A stretch of DNA of 64,000 nucleotides from Trichosphaerium sp. ATCC 40318 (lineage: Eukaryota > Protista > Tubulinea). Positions within the stretch are counted from its first letter, which is position 1. The number at the start of each line of letters is the position of its first letter. The DNA lies in NCBI GenBank assembly GCA_038496445.1, contig JALMLS010000124.1:124001-188000 (forward strand). The letters run 5' to 3'. The position numbers and the translations under genes are program-made. Positions 1-13,237 of this stretch are shown piece after piece. The notes beneath the pieces are model-generated. The model did no database searches, was not told the DNA's origin, and worked only from the letters and a program-made list of their open reading frames with translations.

Positions 1-272
1 TAACGTTCCTTATATCAACGCTTTAGTAAGAAAGGTCAAGCTATTCACACGTGGTTTGTACCTTGCTTTTTTCATCTTTTGTGAGAAACGTGATTCGCAA
101 CCCAGGATACTCTTTAGGTGTTTCCCAGTCACCTATTTTCAGGAATTTTTCTCCGTGCAAGCTACCCCACAGATTGTGTCGTCCATGTTTGAGTACAGGA
201 AATCCTTCTTGTAAATGACTTTCAGTGACAAATTGTTCTAAGAAATAGTCAGTTTGGTAACTTGTAAATATG

Positions 273-3200
273 TCATCTACAGTTGTATAATGTATGACCA
301 ACTACACGTGTATAAAAGTATGCCTAATACACTCACTTGTCTTCCTGCACTCATATGAATTGTTTGTAACCTCAACAAACTCTCCTAACTGTATACTGAC
401 TGGACAAAGTGGAACTGGAGTGATGTCCAAGGGTTTTAAGTAAGTATCAAGAGATTCCTAAAGATGTCATTTTTTAAACTTCTAGTTCATGTTATTACCA
501 TCCATAAACGCGGTGCTATGCCTCTAATGACAATGTTGATGCTATGATCGATATAGTATAATGTGATGATATTACCATAGAAATCAGAGAGTACAATCAA
601 GTTTGAAAACAAACGAAACTCTTTGTTTTGGAACTCTAAGTTTAGCTTTAGTATTGTACAGAAAACCATTTATTGACGTACTTCTCAATCTTCTCTGCAA
701 GTCATTGAATATGTCTACGGATAGATCTTGTGATTTAAACGTGTATGCCAAGAACTTTGAAACATGTGGAATGACCTCATATTGCTCAGGTAGTGACTAA
801 CACGTGATATTGTTAGTCTTGATTTTTTATGGTCTCAGCGTACTATTTTATTGCTTTCCTTGTTTATGGTGAATGTTTCTACCACTTTATGTGCAACTTT
901 AGTGTCTATCGTAGGTGTGTATGATAATATCTTCCACTTTGTTGGTGATTTGGACAAAGAGAATACTTGTGGGAACTCATATTGGTTGTTCGTTGTCTGA
1001 ACTAACGTAATACGTTGCTCCTTTTGGGTCAAAGGAGGAAAGTAAAGCATATCAGCTTTAGGTAATAGCGATATAATAATGTATCCATCAGCGCCATAAA
1101 CAACCTGAATAAATACATTGACAAATGAGTTGTAGAGTACATACAATATCTGTTACCTTTTCTTCTCTGGTCAAGTGAACACAGAACGACATTTGTACCA
1201 AGAAGTTCATCACCTGCTTCACTTCACGTTCAGTGCAGTTTGGAAATAGCTTTGAGATTCGAGATGTAGCTTCTGAGTCAGTGAATACAGCACGGTGACT
1301 ATGATTGTTGTTTTTGATCAACCTATCAAGGTGTTGTCTGGGTGCTAAAAAAGCGCTCATGACACGGGATAGAATAGGAGGGTGCAAACATAGCATGTAA
1401 GACGACTAAACAGACAAGTCAGTTGTTTAAGAGAGCATACTAGTCATGTGAGAAGCACATACCTCATCAAACATAATGCTACCAATGGAATGAAGGTAAT
1501 TCAATGCAGCAACCAACTCTATTGGAGACATTCTAGTGTCCGTCTTATTTATCACCAACAGCACTTTACGCCTTACCAGGATGTAAGTAAATACAAGTTT
1601 CTTGAGACACCTTACATTGACATGATGTTACCCTTTAGATCGTTGTTTGTGATTGTATTCTCAAGTACATTCTTGATATCTATGTACATTGAAGGCACTT
1701 TTGGATATTGGGACTTCAAGTACTTGGCTTGACGCTCTAATAATTTACCGAGAGCGCTTGTTCCTAAACAATAAGGCTAAGTTATTATAAAAAACGTTAC
1801 GAGGTGGTACCATCTAAGCACAAGTACTGTACAAGTGATTGTCCAATAGGAATCAAAGCTTGTTTATTGGCCTTGATATCTCCTAAAAAGATATCCAATT
1901 TGGATCCGAATACAATCACCGAGTATAACTCAGGGTCTTGATCGTGGAGTATCTCATTTAGAGCCCGACACCAATATTTGAGATGTTCCTGTTGCTCTTT
2001 TATTGATGTTGACAAGTCAATCTAGAGTGATGAATGAGAAAACAAGCGTGATATTGGTGCACTAAATGAACTTACAACGATGATGTAGATGGTGAGTTGC
2101 TTTGCTAAAAAGTACTTATGTAACCCTTTATATTCTGTCTGTCCAGCAAAGTCTAACACTGTGAATGATACGCCATGGAACCTAAGCACATTAGACCTTG
2201 GTGCTACAAGTGTAGAACATACAAGAGATGTGAGGTATCAAAACCAATTGTTGAATCCGCTGTTCTATTTGTTTCCTTCGCCAATGTCCTCACTAGAGTT
2301 GTCTTGCCTAGTAAATATTTTAGCGTATCAGTCAATCCAACTTTTGGTAACATACCTGATCCTTCATGTCCCACAACCATTATTTTGGCTTCTAATTGCT
2401 CAACAAAATCATAATTCTTATGACTCACTCCATCAACAATGTGATGTCTCTTTAAACTAGCCTCTTTACTGACGCCATACCAATAAATGTCTTTAAACTG
2501 TTGTATCATTTTTTCTGATATTTCGTCCTTTTTTAGTGGTATCACACGTACTCCAGAAAGACCACGTGCCATAGTTGTTACTAATAAAGAATTAATTAGT
2601 ATAGTAGTAGTGGCGTAAGATTCACTGTACCTTCATGAAGTGATATCTCAGAATCTTTTTTACAAAGGTTGTAGATAAATACAATATCACCAGAATGACC
2701 TGATACCGAGGTTTCTTGGTGTTTCTTAATAATCATGTTCAATATTCTGTAATTTTTTTTGGAATAAAATTCATAAACCATTCTTCTTTTTCCATCTGGT
2801 CTTTTAGTACCTTTTTCAGTTGGAACGTTGATATCAAGGATAGTATTGTCTGGATTTGGGAATAACTTCTTTAGATCTCTCAGAGAATTCTCATTTTTGA
2901 TGTCTTCAGAACAGACAGTAACTGGTGTTATATCTTTGCTCTTACCATTGTTAGGGAAAACGAACGTTTTATCAATATTGTTAGAAAAGAAAACCTGGTC
3001 TGGTTTTCCGGCGATACTTTTCTTCTTTTTACTAACGCTTGGTGCCTTCTCATTGTTAACAAAACGACCGACATATTTACGACCATCTGCCCAATACTTC
3101 TCACCAATACCATGACACTTGTCGTTGTCAAATAGACCAATGTACTTGGTACCATTTTGATAATAATACACTCCATTACCCTTGTACTTGTTGTGTTCAA

Positions 3201-3846
3201 ATTGACCTTTGTATTGAAGAGTACCATCTTCCCAATAGCTCTCTCCAATACCACTATATACATAATCCTTAAATTGACCTTTATATCGTAGAGTACCATC
3301 TGGGTAATACAACTCACCATACCCATGCCTTCTATCGTATTCAAAATGACCAACATATTTACCTTTTTTTCCATAAAGATAGTCTACGCCTTCACCATGT
3401 TTCTCACCTCTCTCAAATTGACCTTTGTAATCGAGAGTACCATCTGAATAATAAAGCTCACCATCGCCGTGATACTTATTGTCCTTAAAATGACCTTTGT
3501 ATTGGAGAGTACCATTTGAGTAATAAAGCTCACCTTCACCGTGATACATATTGTCCTTAAAGTGACCTTTGTAGTGTATACCATTACTATCTTCTACCGA
3601 ATAATGTACCATTGCATCGTGAAGCTCGCTATCACCTTGACGTTTGGATTCGATAGTACCTTTTATATAATACAGCTCACCAAAACCGTGATGCTTACCA
3701 TTCAAAACCTCCCCCTTATATCTGAGCTTACCTCCTAGTCCATACTCTTCTATAACATGCAAACCTTTGTGAGTACAATTAGCACAACAAAGTAAAGAAA
3801 AATCTTTTTTGGGCTTTGTATCTTCGCAAGTTGTTAAATACACCAC
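273..3846 (-). CDS. Multi-exon ROCO protein: MORN repeats + TIR-like domain + Roc GTPase + COR (start unresolved; C-terminus may extend to 41)
   Basis: Removing GT-AG introns (e.g. 2308-2355, 1105-1156) joins the ORFs in frame. Motifs: G1 VVGHEGS|GKTTL, G2 STIGFD, G3 DFAGQTEYKGLHKYFL..IYIIV (~2139-2153), G4 VIVFGSKLD, and COR motifs KVPSMY and ALNYLHSIGSIMF..LCLHPPILSRVM. About 9-10 23-aa MORN repeats (YKGQFxxxKYHGxGELYY) lie at ~3060-3750. Confidence 0.85.
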
Positions 3847-4539
3847 GTTCTATACCATGTGCATTGTTTTAACATATAATTCATGACGTCAAAAATATGT
3901 CATAGCGTCCACGTGACAACAAAAAAAAAAGAATTTCGCGGCGGAGCTTAAAAAAAAACAAGCTTGGAAACCGAGGATCTTCACTTACCGTTGTCTGTAC
4001 TATCAGTGTTGGCCATATTTAAACGCAGGACGGTAGATTAAACCGATTTCGAGTTATTTTCGATCTAAAACGGAAAAATTAGTATGGAAGTAATAATAGC
4101 TTAAACCACTTGCAAACGCAAAGGAAGTGCTAATAAACAACAATACCGGTATGATATCCAATAATCGTCTCTTTTTGTAGAATAATCCAATAAGAATGTT
4201 GTATAATAGTTAGTTACACTGTATATAGTTGAACGAACAAGTTGAAACGAGATAATATGTTTATTAAGGTTGACTTTCCGACTTTCTTTTTTCGCCAATT
4301 TTTTTATTTTTAGCGAAACCAAACTCTTCTTTCGCTCTTTCGTGTTGTAGTTTTTCACAAAATACAATTTGTGTACCTTGACTTATTAGTACGTAAATCT
4401 CAATACACTTGTGTATTTCGTTAAAGTTCGTGATAATATATTCGAGGAAATACGTATGTGGTTGACCGAAATAGTGCCATTGTTACCTAATTAGTGAGAT
4501 GATTTTGTTAGCACGTTACCCTGCAGAGTACGCAATCTA

Positions 4540-4700
4540 TCCTAATGGTGCATCTTTATAGAGCACTTTGTGTAGATGTAAACAACTATACTTCATTCAT
4601 CTTGCTGGTGTACAGCAGATACCGTTGACTAGATGTTCCAAGATAACAATAAAGGCGTTAAGGCTTTGCAGGAAAGAGTATCATTTATTGCCACTCAATA
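4540..4700 (+). pseudogene. Decayed LRR fragment of the local F-box/LRR family
   Basis: 4598-4668 reads HLAGVQQIPLTRCSKIT/(frameshift)KGVKAL, matching the family consensus LAGVHxIxLxxCxxITDEGVKAL. Confidence 0.55.
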
Positions 4701-5889
4701 GGTCGTGATTGCCCTTTTGGATGACAGGGGAGCTAAGGCTACATAATCAAGCCACATAAAGGAGATCAAGTAGACGCCGAGTGACTGTTTCCTAGCCCAT
4801 TCCCGCTTGTAACAAGCACGTGTTCTTACAGCTGTTACCATACAAGTATACACAGATATGTTGATGATATGCATACGTTCAGGCTGCAGTACTTAACAGA
4901 ACAAACAAGTATGAGAAGATGGATTGGTTAATGTTTTGTTTACCAGATTCATCGAGATGTTGTGTATCTTTAACCATCTTTGCTACCTGCGAGGTTTCTT
5001 TTGTAATAAAAGGTGAATCATTCACCTTCAGTTGGGAAAGGTTGTGGCAGTAGTTTGGATGTACAGTCACGTGATGTTGTAAAACCTGCATCAGCTTTTC
5101 TCTTGCAGGCAATGATGTCTTCCATCATGTCTATAGACGATAGTTTGTACAACGATCTTATATGCAGTACTTTGATTCACACCTGCGCTAGTGGTTTGTT
5201 GTTTCTGATCTTACAAGCCTCCTATTACGTCTTTTGGTTGTCCTTTCACACGTGATGATTCAGTCTTAAATATCTGCAAGAACTACCATTGCATTTTTCA
5301 CTTTTTTGTAATTGTACATTCGAATGACACTATATTGCAAGCCGCAATGAACATCTTATGATTCAGTTAATTATTATCAGAATACAGTCAGTGTTAACTC
5401 TTTAAACACATTTTATTTCTATGATTCTGTAGTGGAAGTACCTGCTTTGGAGGTGACATGTCACGTACGTGTACCTCCTAAACTACTTCAAAACAACAAG
5501 AGTTCCACGTTCAGAAAACTGTGCTTGAGATTATTGAGATATCTCTTGTCTGTGTTGGACTTTATTTTCACCGGTGCAAAAGTCTTCGACTTTGTCTTAG
5601 CCTAAAAACCGCAAAAGGATGCTCTTTTTTTTTCTATTTACATAGTAAACTACGGGTGGTTTTGCATGTTTGTGAAAAGCCGGAAAATCTGCATCCGGCA
5701 GAAAGAATACTACCGTTACTAAAAAGATCACGTGACTACAAAGGTGTATATGTAAGCGTATCAATCCTTTAAACTTTTGACCTTACATGTACCTGAGAGG
5801 AAGTTCTGCAAGTGGAAAGTTACCACCAAAAAACTTATGAAATTTGCTATTTATTGTTTGTAACTTAAAATACCCTTACAACAAATTAA

Positions 5890-8800
5890 ATGCAGCATCT
5901 CTTTATACTATTACTATACATACAAGCTATATTATCTGCTAGCCTTGTAGGACATGTATGGAATGATAAAAACGCAAATTCAGAGCGTGATATAAACGGT
6001 AAACACCAAAAAAACCCCGATAAAGTGACTTACTTACACAAACTTTAAGAAAACCCTCTACAAAATAGAATAGTCTTTATAGACGATAACAGCGACTGTA
6101 CGCTATCGGAAGGAGAACTATACACATTAACAGGTGCGTAACTTGTTTTAACGCATATCGATCTTATCTTTGCGTTTTTTCAGACGCACGTGGGATATAC
6201 TCCTTTTACGACTTGAATCCAGGAAGAACTTATAATGTTTTCTTCGTACGTGTGATAACGTTTTATTTTTGTCCGATTTCACACCCTAATTTCCCGTACT
6301 TGTAGGATGCAGGCGATGATGATGTCATTACGTTCCCCCCGGGCCTACACGTACCGACAACAACAGAACCTCCCGTTATTGCACCTACAACTCGTGCTCC
6401 AACAACTTTGCATCCAACAACACTACCACCGTCGAAGGAGCCTACAACGATACCACCCAGTACTGTACCACCCACTACTGACTTTCCAACCACTACAGCC
6501 CCACCAACAACAGTTCCCACAACTAATCCTCCAACTGCAAGGCCACCTACAACAAGGGCACCATCTACAACTCCAACACCAACTACCAGAGCACCTACAA
6601 CGACGTCTCCTACAACGAATGCTCCAACAGTAGCTCCAACTACGAAGCCACCCACGACTAGGGCTCCTACTACAAGACCTCCTACTACAGCTCCATCCAC
6701 TAGAGCTCCAACTACCAAAGCACCTACAACGGCGTCTCCTACAACAAACGCTCCAACAGTGGCTCCAACTACAAGATCTCCAACTACCAAAGCACCTACG
6801 ACTAGGTCTCCAACTACAAGACCTCCAACCACAGCTCCATCCACCAGAGCTCCAACTACGAGGTCGCCAACAACAAGATCTCCAACCACTGCACCTCCCA
6901 CATCTACACCTTCAACTACACCTCCAACGACCACAATTGCCCCTACAGGATCAAACAGAGCCACCGAATTTAACATAGATTTTGAATTTGCACAAGGAAC
7001 AGAACAAGATCTGGTACAACTTGTTTCAGACTGCTTTTCCCATTTTTAATATTCCTTAGATTGACATCACTACAGAAGCTGCAAGGATTTGGGAATCTAT
7101 AATCACAAGTGATATTCCTGATGCTACGGCTTTCAATAGTCAACGACAACGTGTATTGCGTACGTCCGAAATAAAACAAACAGAAAGAAAAGAGATGTTA
7201 CGACATGCGTTAGAAACGTTTCTTGTAACACTACCAGAGAAATGTGTTCCTATGAGAGGACCTAGCAGCAGCTTTCAATTTTCCGTTTTTATGATTTACG
7301 TTTTTTGCAGTTGGCGGTGAAAAACGTTAGTCACGTTTTGTCATAACATCTCTAAAACAAACAAGAAAAAAAAAATTTAGTTTTCTTATCTTTCATTGAA
7401 AACTTACATTCAACTCTAAGACGATGACTTGGTGATTCAAGTATCCTTCCCAGAAATAGGTATGATAGTGCAATAATAAGTGCGGGTATTGATATCCTTT
7501 GTACAAAGACGGACCTTTTGGAATTTTGGGTTCAGCAGGACCTACATTGGTGAGAAGAAGTACAAGACTACCAATTCGTGGTATTATTCAATTTGATGTC
7601 GACGATGTGAGAAGGTTAATAGAAGAAGGTATGTTTGATGAAGTTATCGTTCATGAGATGGGACATGTACTGTACGCATTTACATGTAAATTCAAACTTC
7701 AGAAGTTGACAATGAATAGAGGGATTGGTCCAAACTGGAGTTCTCTTGGTCTTGTTGATGGTGCTGGAACTGACAATCCTATTTATACTGGTGTAGAAGG
7801 TCTTGCTAGTTATAGGAGTCTACTTGATGTGGATGATGATGGTATACCTGTAGAAAACATAGGTCGAGAAGGAACAAGAGATGTGTGAGTTTTTATTAGT
7901 GTCACAACACAATGTTTAACTTTTTTTCTTGAAGACATTGGAGAGAGTCTATTTTTGGAAATGAATTGATGACTGGTTTTCTAAACGGAGGAGTACCCAA
8001 TCCTATATCTGCAATGACAATACAGTCATTAATTGACCTTGGGTACGACAGCGTCACAAAAATTTATTTTTTGTTTTTAATGCTAACGTGATAAACCTCA
8101 ACAGCTACGATGTGGATGTTTCAAAGGCTGATGAATACTTTCCTCCAACAAATAGCAAAAAAGACAGTGATGCACATGACCACAATCACCATGTTTTCGA
8201 GTGCACCCTTACAATGCCACCAGTGTACGTACGACCTTCGGAAACAAACAGTTATTTCCTTTTGAAGTTGAAGTTAACTTGGGTTTTTTTCAGCGCTATT
8301 TTATCAGAAGATGATGTGGTTGACACAACTTCATTTCAAGAAAGTAAACTTGAAGAAAAAAATTCAATTACAACAAGTTTCGAAGAGTATGCTATCGGTC
8401 GTCAAAATGACTTAAACGGAAACCCTGGAGAGTTTTATGTAGTCTCCCATGACCCCTTATCAGTAAGTTATCTCTGTAATATAAAACCCTTAATGATAGT
8501 ACAGGGAAGTAATCACCTTTTGATATTTGGACGCAGTTCTGGAAGTATTTTCCTTGAAGAGAATGTTGATCCAAAAATAGGAGATTCTGATCGGGTGATA
8601 ACTTCGTTCTGGTTAAAACTAGACGGAATGCGTACGCCACAATGGCTTTTTTTGGCTGCTTGTTTCATACTCATTTTTTTCTTGAACAGTTCCAGCAACT
8701 CAGGGAACAGCTAGTTTTGAGTTTAGACTTGAAGGATGTTGCACTGTTTTCCTTGATTTCGATTCACAAAAAGATACTTTTGATGTTACTCTTTTCGGTT

Positions 8801-10683
8801 TGAATGTGGATACAAGAACGACATCAATCCCCATAGAAAGTTTGAATGAATATTCCTTCGTAGGAGTTGAGCGTACCATTTCTAAAGTACAAACAAAAAT
8901 CAAACAAGAAAATCAAAACGAACTTTGAACAAAAAAAAATGAACTCAACCTTTATCTTTGTTTTTGTCAGCTCTGTGACTAATCATTCTTATTTAGAACA
9001 ATACTGTATCTCTATACTTTGACTCTCTAAGAGTTTCTACGAATATGGCAATAACAGATTCTATTACAAGCATCTAGTAAGTGATACAACATTAGTTGTT
9101 CCATTTTCTTATATTTATGGTTTTCTGCACAGCTTTTCATACCAGGCAAGGAACCCACGTGGTAGTGGAGGATTGTTTTTAATAGATGACTTTAATTTCG
9201 AAAGTGTTGTAAACCCTCCTGGAGGTTATGCTGCAGCACCAATGACCCTAAGTACTACCAAGCCAGTGCCTCCAAAACTACTAATTACAATAATATAGAT
9301 CAAGTCATTTCACCCTTGAATTTTGGTGTCCTCACAGATGAGTTACCTACTTTACCACCCACAACCACAGCACCAACCATTCCTCCAACAACGTTCCTCC
9401 AACAACGTTACCTCCAACAACGCTACCTCCAACCTCGTTACCACCCACAACAGTACCACCAACCAAAGCACCAACTAGTGCCCCTACACGTTCACCAACA
9501 CTTGCCCCTACACCAACACGTACTAGAATGATTATATTTACTCTATGCTGACCATTGATTTACTAAAGTAGGAGAGCCACATATTAACTGCTCGACAGCA
9601 AGCAGCGTTTGCGTTGATTGCCAACACCATGAAGAATGTGATACATGCAAAAGATGTGACTTTACACAAAACTGCCCTTTCGTAATACGTGGCGACGAGG
9701 ACGGTACGTAGTTATTATAAATAGAAGGCCTTATCTTGGTAAGAGTAACCGGTGAATATAGGAATTGCAAACGTTGGGTCTTGTTCAAGAATTGCAATAA
9801 ATAGCGCTTTTGAACATATTTCGATCATAGGAACCGCAGGCGATGATTGTATATTGGTTAACAGAAATAGTGAAATAGGTAGTATAGAAACTCTTGGTGG
9901 AAATGATTGTATAGTAATTGAGAGAGGTGCCCATATAGGTTCTATTGACTTGGGTACGATAAGTTTTGGAAAAAAAACAGAAGAAGAAAAGAAGTTTATA
10001 TCCTTTTTTTTTTGTTCTCTGACTTTGTTTCGCTTTGTAGGTTCAGATGATGATTGTCTTTTGGGTTATGACTCTTCTTCTGATCATATTTCGCTTGGTA
10101 GTGGTGATGATTTCGCATTTATATCAGGTGGTTCACATACCACGTGTACGTTTGTTAATCACAAACGAAGAAAAAACTGAACATGATTCTAGTACTTGGA
10201 GGTAGCGGAAAGGACTGTGTTAGTGTCTCTGGCGCACATACTGCTAGACTAAGCGGAGAAAGTAATGATGATTGCTTTGATATAATTGATACATCCTCAG
10301 TTTCGATTTTGGGCGGTTCAGGGGACGATTGCTTGTCCGTCAGGTTAGTGGACTATTTTTAAAATTCAATGAATGTTTCTTGGATGTTTATCTTGCTTTA
10401 TCGCTTTTGCTTTTACAAGAGGTTGTTTTCTGTTGATTTGAAATACTGTATTGTAGTCTCTTCTTTGTAGTAGCAGTTACTGACATTCTTCCACAGCAAC
10501 GCAAAAAGCGAAGATGATGTTTCTGCTACTTTAATCGCTGGAGGAGCAGGTAGAGATACCTTGATTGCTATAGGAGGTGACACAACATATGTACTTAATG
10601 GTGGTTCTTCAGAAGACTATTGTAAATGGGACGAAGCCAAAACGTTATTTGAGATATCATGCGAAATAACAGAAACTTTGTAA
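5890..10683 (+). CDS. Secreted zinc metalloprotease (leishmanolysin/M8-like) with mucin stalks, a beta-sandwich domain and C-terminal RTX-type Ca-binding repeats; one apparent frameshift near 9394
   Basis: Signal peptide MQHLFILLLYIQAILSA; P/T-rich stalk 6340-6950; DGPFGILGSAGP; VIVHEMGHVL|GIG (HExxH); HWRESIFGNELMTGF; GGNDC, GSGDD, GGSGKD, GGSGDD, GGAGRDTL repeats 9830-10620; exons linked by GT-AG introns. Confidence 0.82.
6408..6950 (+). repeat. Coding tandem repeat (mucin-like xAPTT/xSPTT 15-bp units with a ~120-140 bp higher-order duplication)
   Basis: The block APTTxSPTTNAPTVAPTT...RPPTTAPSTRAPTT occurs twice (about 6590-6715 and 6720-6860). Confidence 0.85.
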
Positions 10684-10874
10684 AATCAATAAAGAAAAAT
10701 ATAAAATGAGAAAATAAGCTAAACACAGAATCACGTGTTTTCGATATTTGTCCGACTTTGTAATACAAAGTAAGAAGAAAAATGTTTGTACTTGAAAAGA
10801 TGCATAGGCGCATTGTAGATGAGTAAAAATAGGAGATATTGCAAAATAGAGAAAATTTTCCACACGTGATTTTA

Positions 10875-12194
10875 TTAAATATCGTAGTAGTCGATGTGTT
10901 GGCCATTTTTGAATTTGTCATTTGTAAGTAACCCTAGCATTTTGATAGATGATTCATAAGGATCCACATATTGATTCTAAACAAATTTATAAACGATACA
11001 TTATCAAAGCAAATAAACAAGCGCAGCAAGTAAAAAACAAAATTTGGAATTAAAAAATGTATGTAGGTACCTCCGCTTCAATTTTCTCAAATTGTGCTTT
11101 AAGTGATCCAGCTTTTGTCTCTAGTCTTACTCGTTTACCCATATCAGTGTTCATTGGACCAGGTGCATAATTTAGAGTACGAATAGCCGTCTACGAACGA
11201 AGAAATTTAATCACGATTAACACCTTCCAAATAAAATAGAATTCAAAGGCTTACCTTTTGAGTATCAGCTTCCTTACCAAGTACTTCATATAACATATCA
11301 CGAGCTGCTTTAGCAGGGCAATAATGCGCGTAATTTTCGGTAGCTTGAACAGCACAAAGAGACGAAATATTCACCAAAACAACAGTCTCAGCTCTAAAGG
11401 TAGAAAAAGTTAAAAACAAATAAACAACATTCTCAAAAAAACCAAAAAAAACCGCTCCACAGCACATGACACACGTGTCAAATGAAAATAACGTGTAGCT
11501 ATTTTTTTTCAAAATAATCATTGTAAGCGCTCCATGACATTGCGCCATATAAGGAGGTGTTTACGAACCTTGTTTTGAAGAAGGAAGAAAACTTGTTAGT
11601 GAGTTGAAAGAATGAAGTATAGTTGATTGCCATATACGTTTCCATTACACTTGCAGAACCTCCCAAGTTCTCAAACCAATCAATAGTACCTATAGTACCA
11701 TGATTGTTTATTAAAACCGCCTTCTTGAATGTGGCATCGAACTAAGACGTTTTAGCTTCTATGTCATTTAAAACAGCCACAAAGTCGGTTCCAGGCGTGA
11801 AAACAAGCAATTGATCAGTTTAAACGTACTTTGGTCGCTTCTTCACAGAGTGAAGCAATAGAAGCATCCATGGTATCCACTAGTGCGAAATCGCACACGT
11901 ATACACGAATATGAGCGTTTGCGTTGATTTTGAGCATTTCCGCTTTTGTGGCGTTGAGGTTTTTTTCATTTCGCGCCACGAGTATGTAATAAGCCTAACA
12001 ACACATACAGAGTTAGATACACAGTACAGCGCACAATTCTCCGTACATTTTTGATTGTAGTGGCACAAGCAAGCGCTGCCTGCTTACCAAACCCTCGGGA
12101 TGCTCCTGTAATCACAAATAAACTAAAAAAAGCCGTTAGCCTAACGTACACTCACAAAACGGCTGTATAAGCGTTATTACCTATCCTCACACAT
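10875..12194 (-). CDS. SPR: Sepiapterin reductase-like short-chain dehydrogenase
   Basis: LFVITGASRGFG, LINNHG, VNISSLCAVQ, YCPAKAARDML (YxxxK), TLNYAPGPMNTDM and C-terminal GQHIDYYDI*, all characteristic of SPR. Confidence 0.85.
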
Positions 12195-13237
12195 TCTACT
12201 CGTAGTTGTATTACGGCCTACTTCTAATGACCAAAGATCACTTTCCAAGACTTTTCCCTAACAAGCATACCAATAGCACTGCTACCTTTCGACATGAAGG
12301 TGTACGCCAATGTCGACAAAATGATCCACAAATCTGGTATATCCGTAAACAAACACAAATCTCCATTGACATGTGATCATTTTTTTTATATCAGCTCCAG
12401 CTCGTTTAACTGCGTTCTGCTATGCTTGAGGGTTACAATAGCGACACCAATATTGTCATTAATGAAACGCTAGTGTTATTTTTTCTATTTTTTTCCAAGT
12501 CCGTCGTTGCCCCTTTTGTGTCCCAGCACTAGCGTTACCGTTGCGTGCAGTTTTATGTTTTCTTGAAATAGAATAAAAGTAACTATCTCACAACGTGCTT
12601 GTTAATACCTTACAAGCATACTTTAGTTCGCCTAGAAGATCTGAGTGTCACTTCGTAAGCGATCTAAATAACAGGGAGATGAACGGGCAAAAGTTTAGTA
12701 AAAAACCCGACCAAGCACCCGAACAAAACGACGTTTCGCTACCACATGCCACTGTCATTACAATGCACGTGCTTTAGTGTCAATCAGCGTTGTGGAATGC
12801 GGTTTTCGTTGGCTACCCCATTTTTTTTATTTACAATGACGTGTTTTGAGTCACGTGATATCTGTAAGTGGTAAGACGGCGTTCTTGAGAACTTGGGCCG
12901 CTCTCCATATTTCTCCCACCGTTACACATACTTCACAAACGCATAAATTTAAGTGAAATTCAACCGCAACCGATTTGGTGGCGTGTACGTTCCGATTGAC
13001 TTGTAGAACTTGTTCTTAGGTTTGTCGTTGAGAAAATCATTGTAATGTGTGTGTATGCTTTCAGGAGTATGTTGGCGTTGTGTTGACGCTATTTTAGTGT
13101 ATAGTTAAGCGTTACTGCACTCAAAACCGGAAAGTTAAAGTTCACAAGAATTTTGTGATATTTTTAATATTCATGTTCAGTGCATCGTAACTTTACTTAA
13201 GACGAATTAGTTCAGTTTGACATTACAACACTTCATA

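Noticed and set aside
1-5400. Integrated giant-virus segment (long MORN ORF plus short orphan ORFs)
   Set aside because: The ORFs are exons of one spliced ROCO gene; no capsid, packaging ATPase or polB is visible anywhere in the window.
6263-6976. 237-aa V/G-rich minus-strand ORF (likewise 47328-47921 + and 47462-47947 -)
   Set aside because: Antisense or off-frame shadow of P/T mucin repeats; the coding frame is embedded in a spliced gene.
7441-7448. GTATCCTT U12-type donor motif (also at 60462)
   Set aside because: At 7441 it is coding (VSF) inside a normal exon; at 60462 it lies in the decayed transposon with no supporting U12 branch site.
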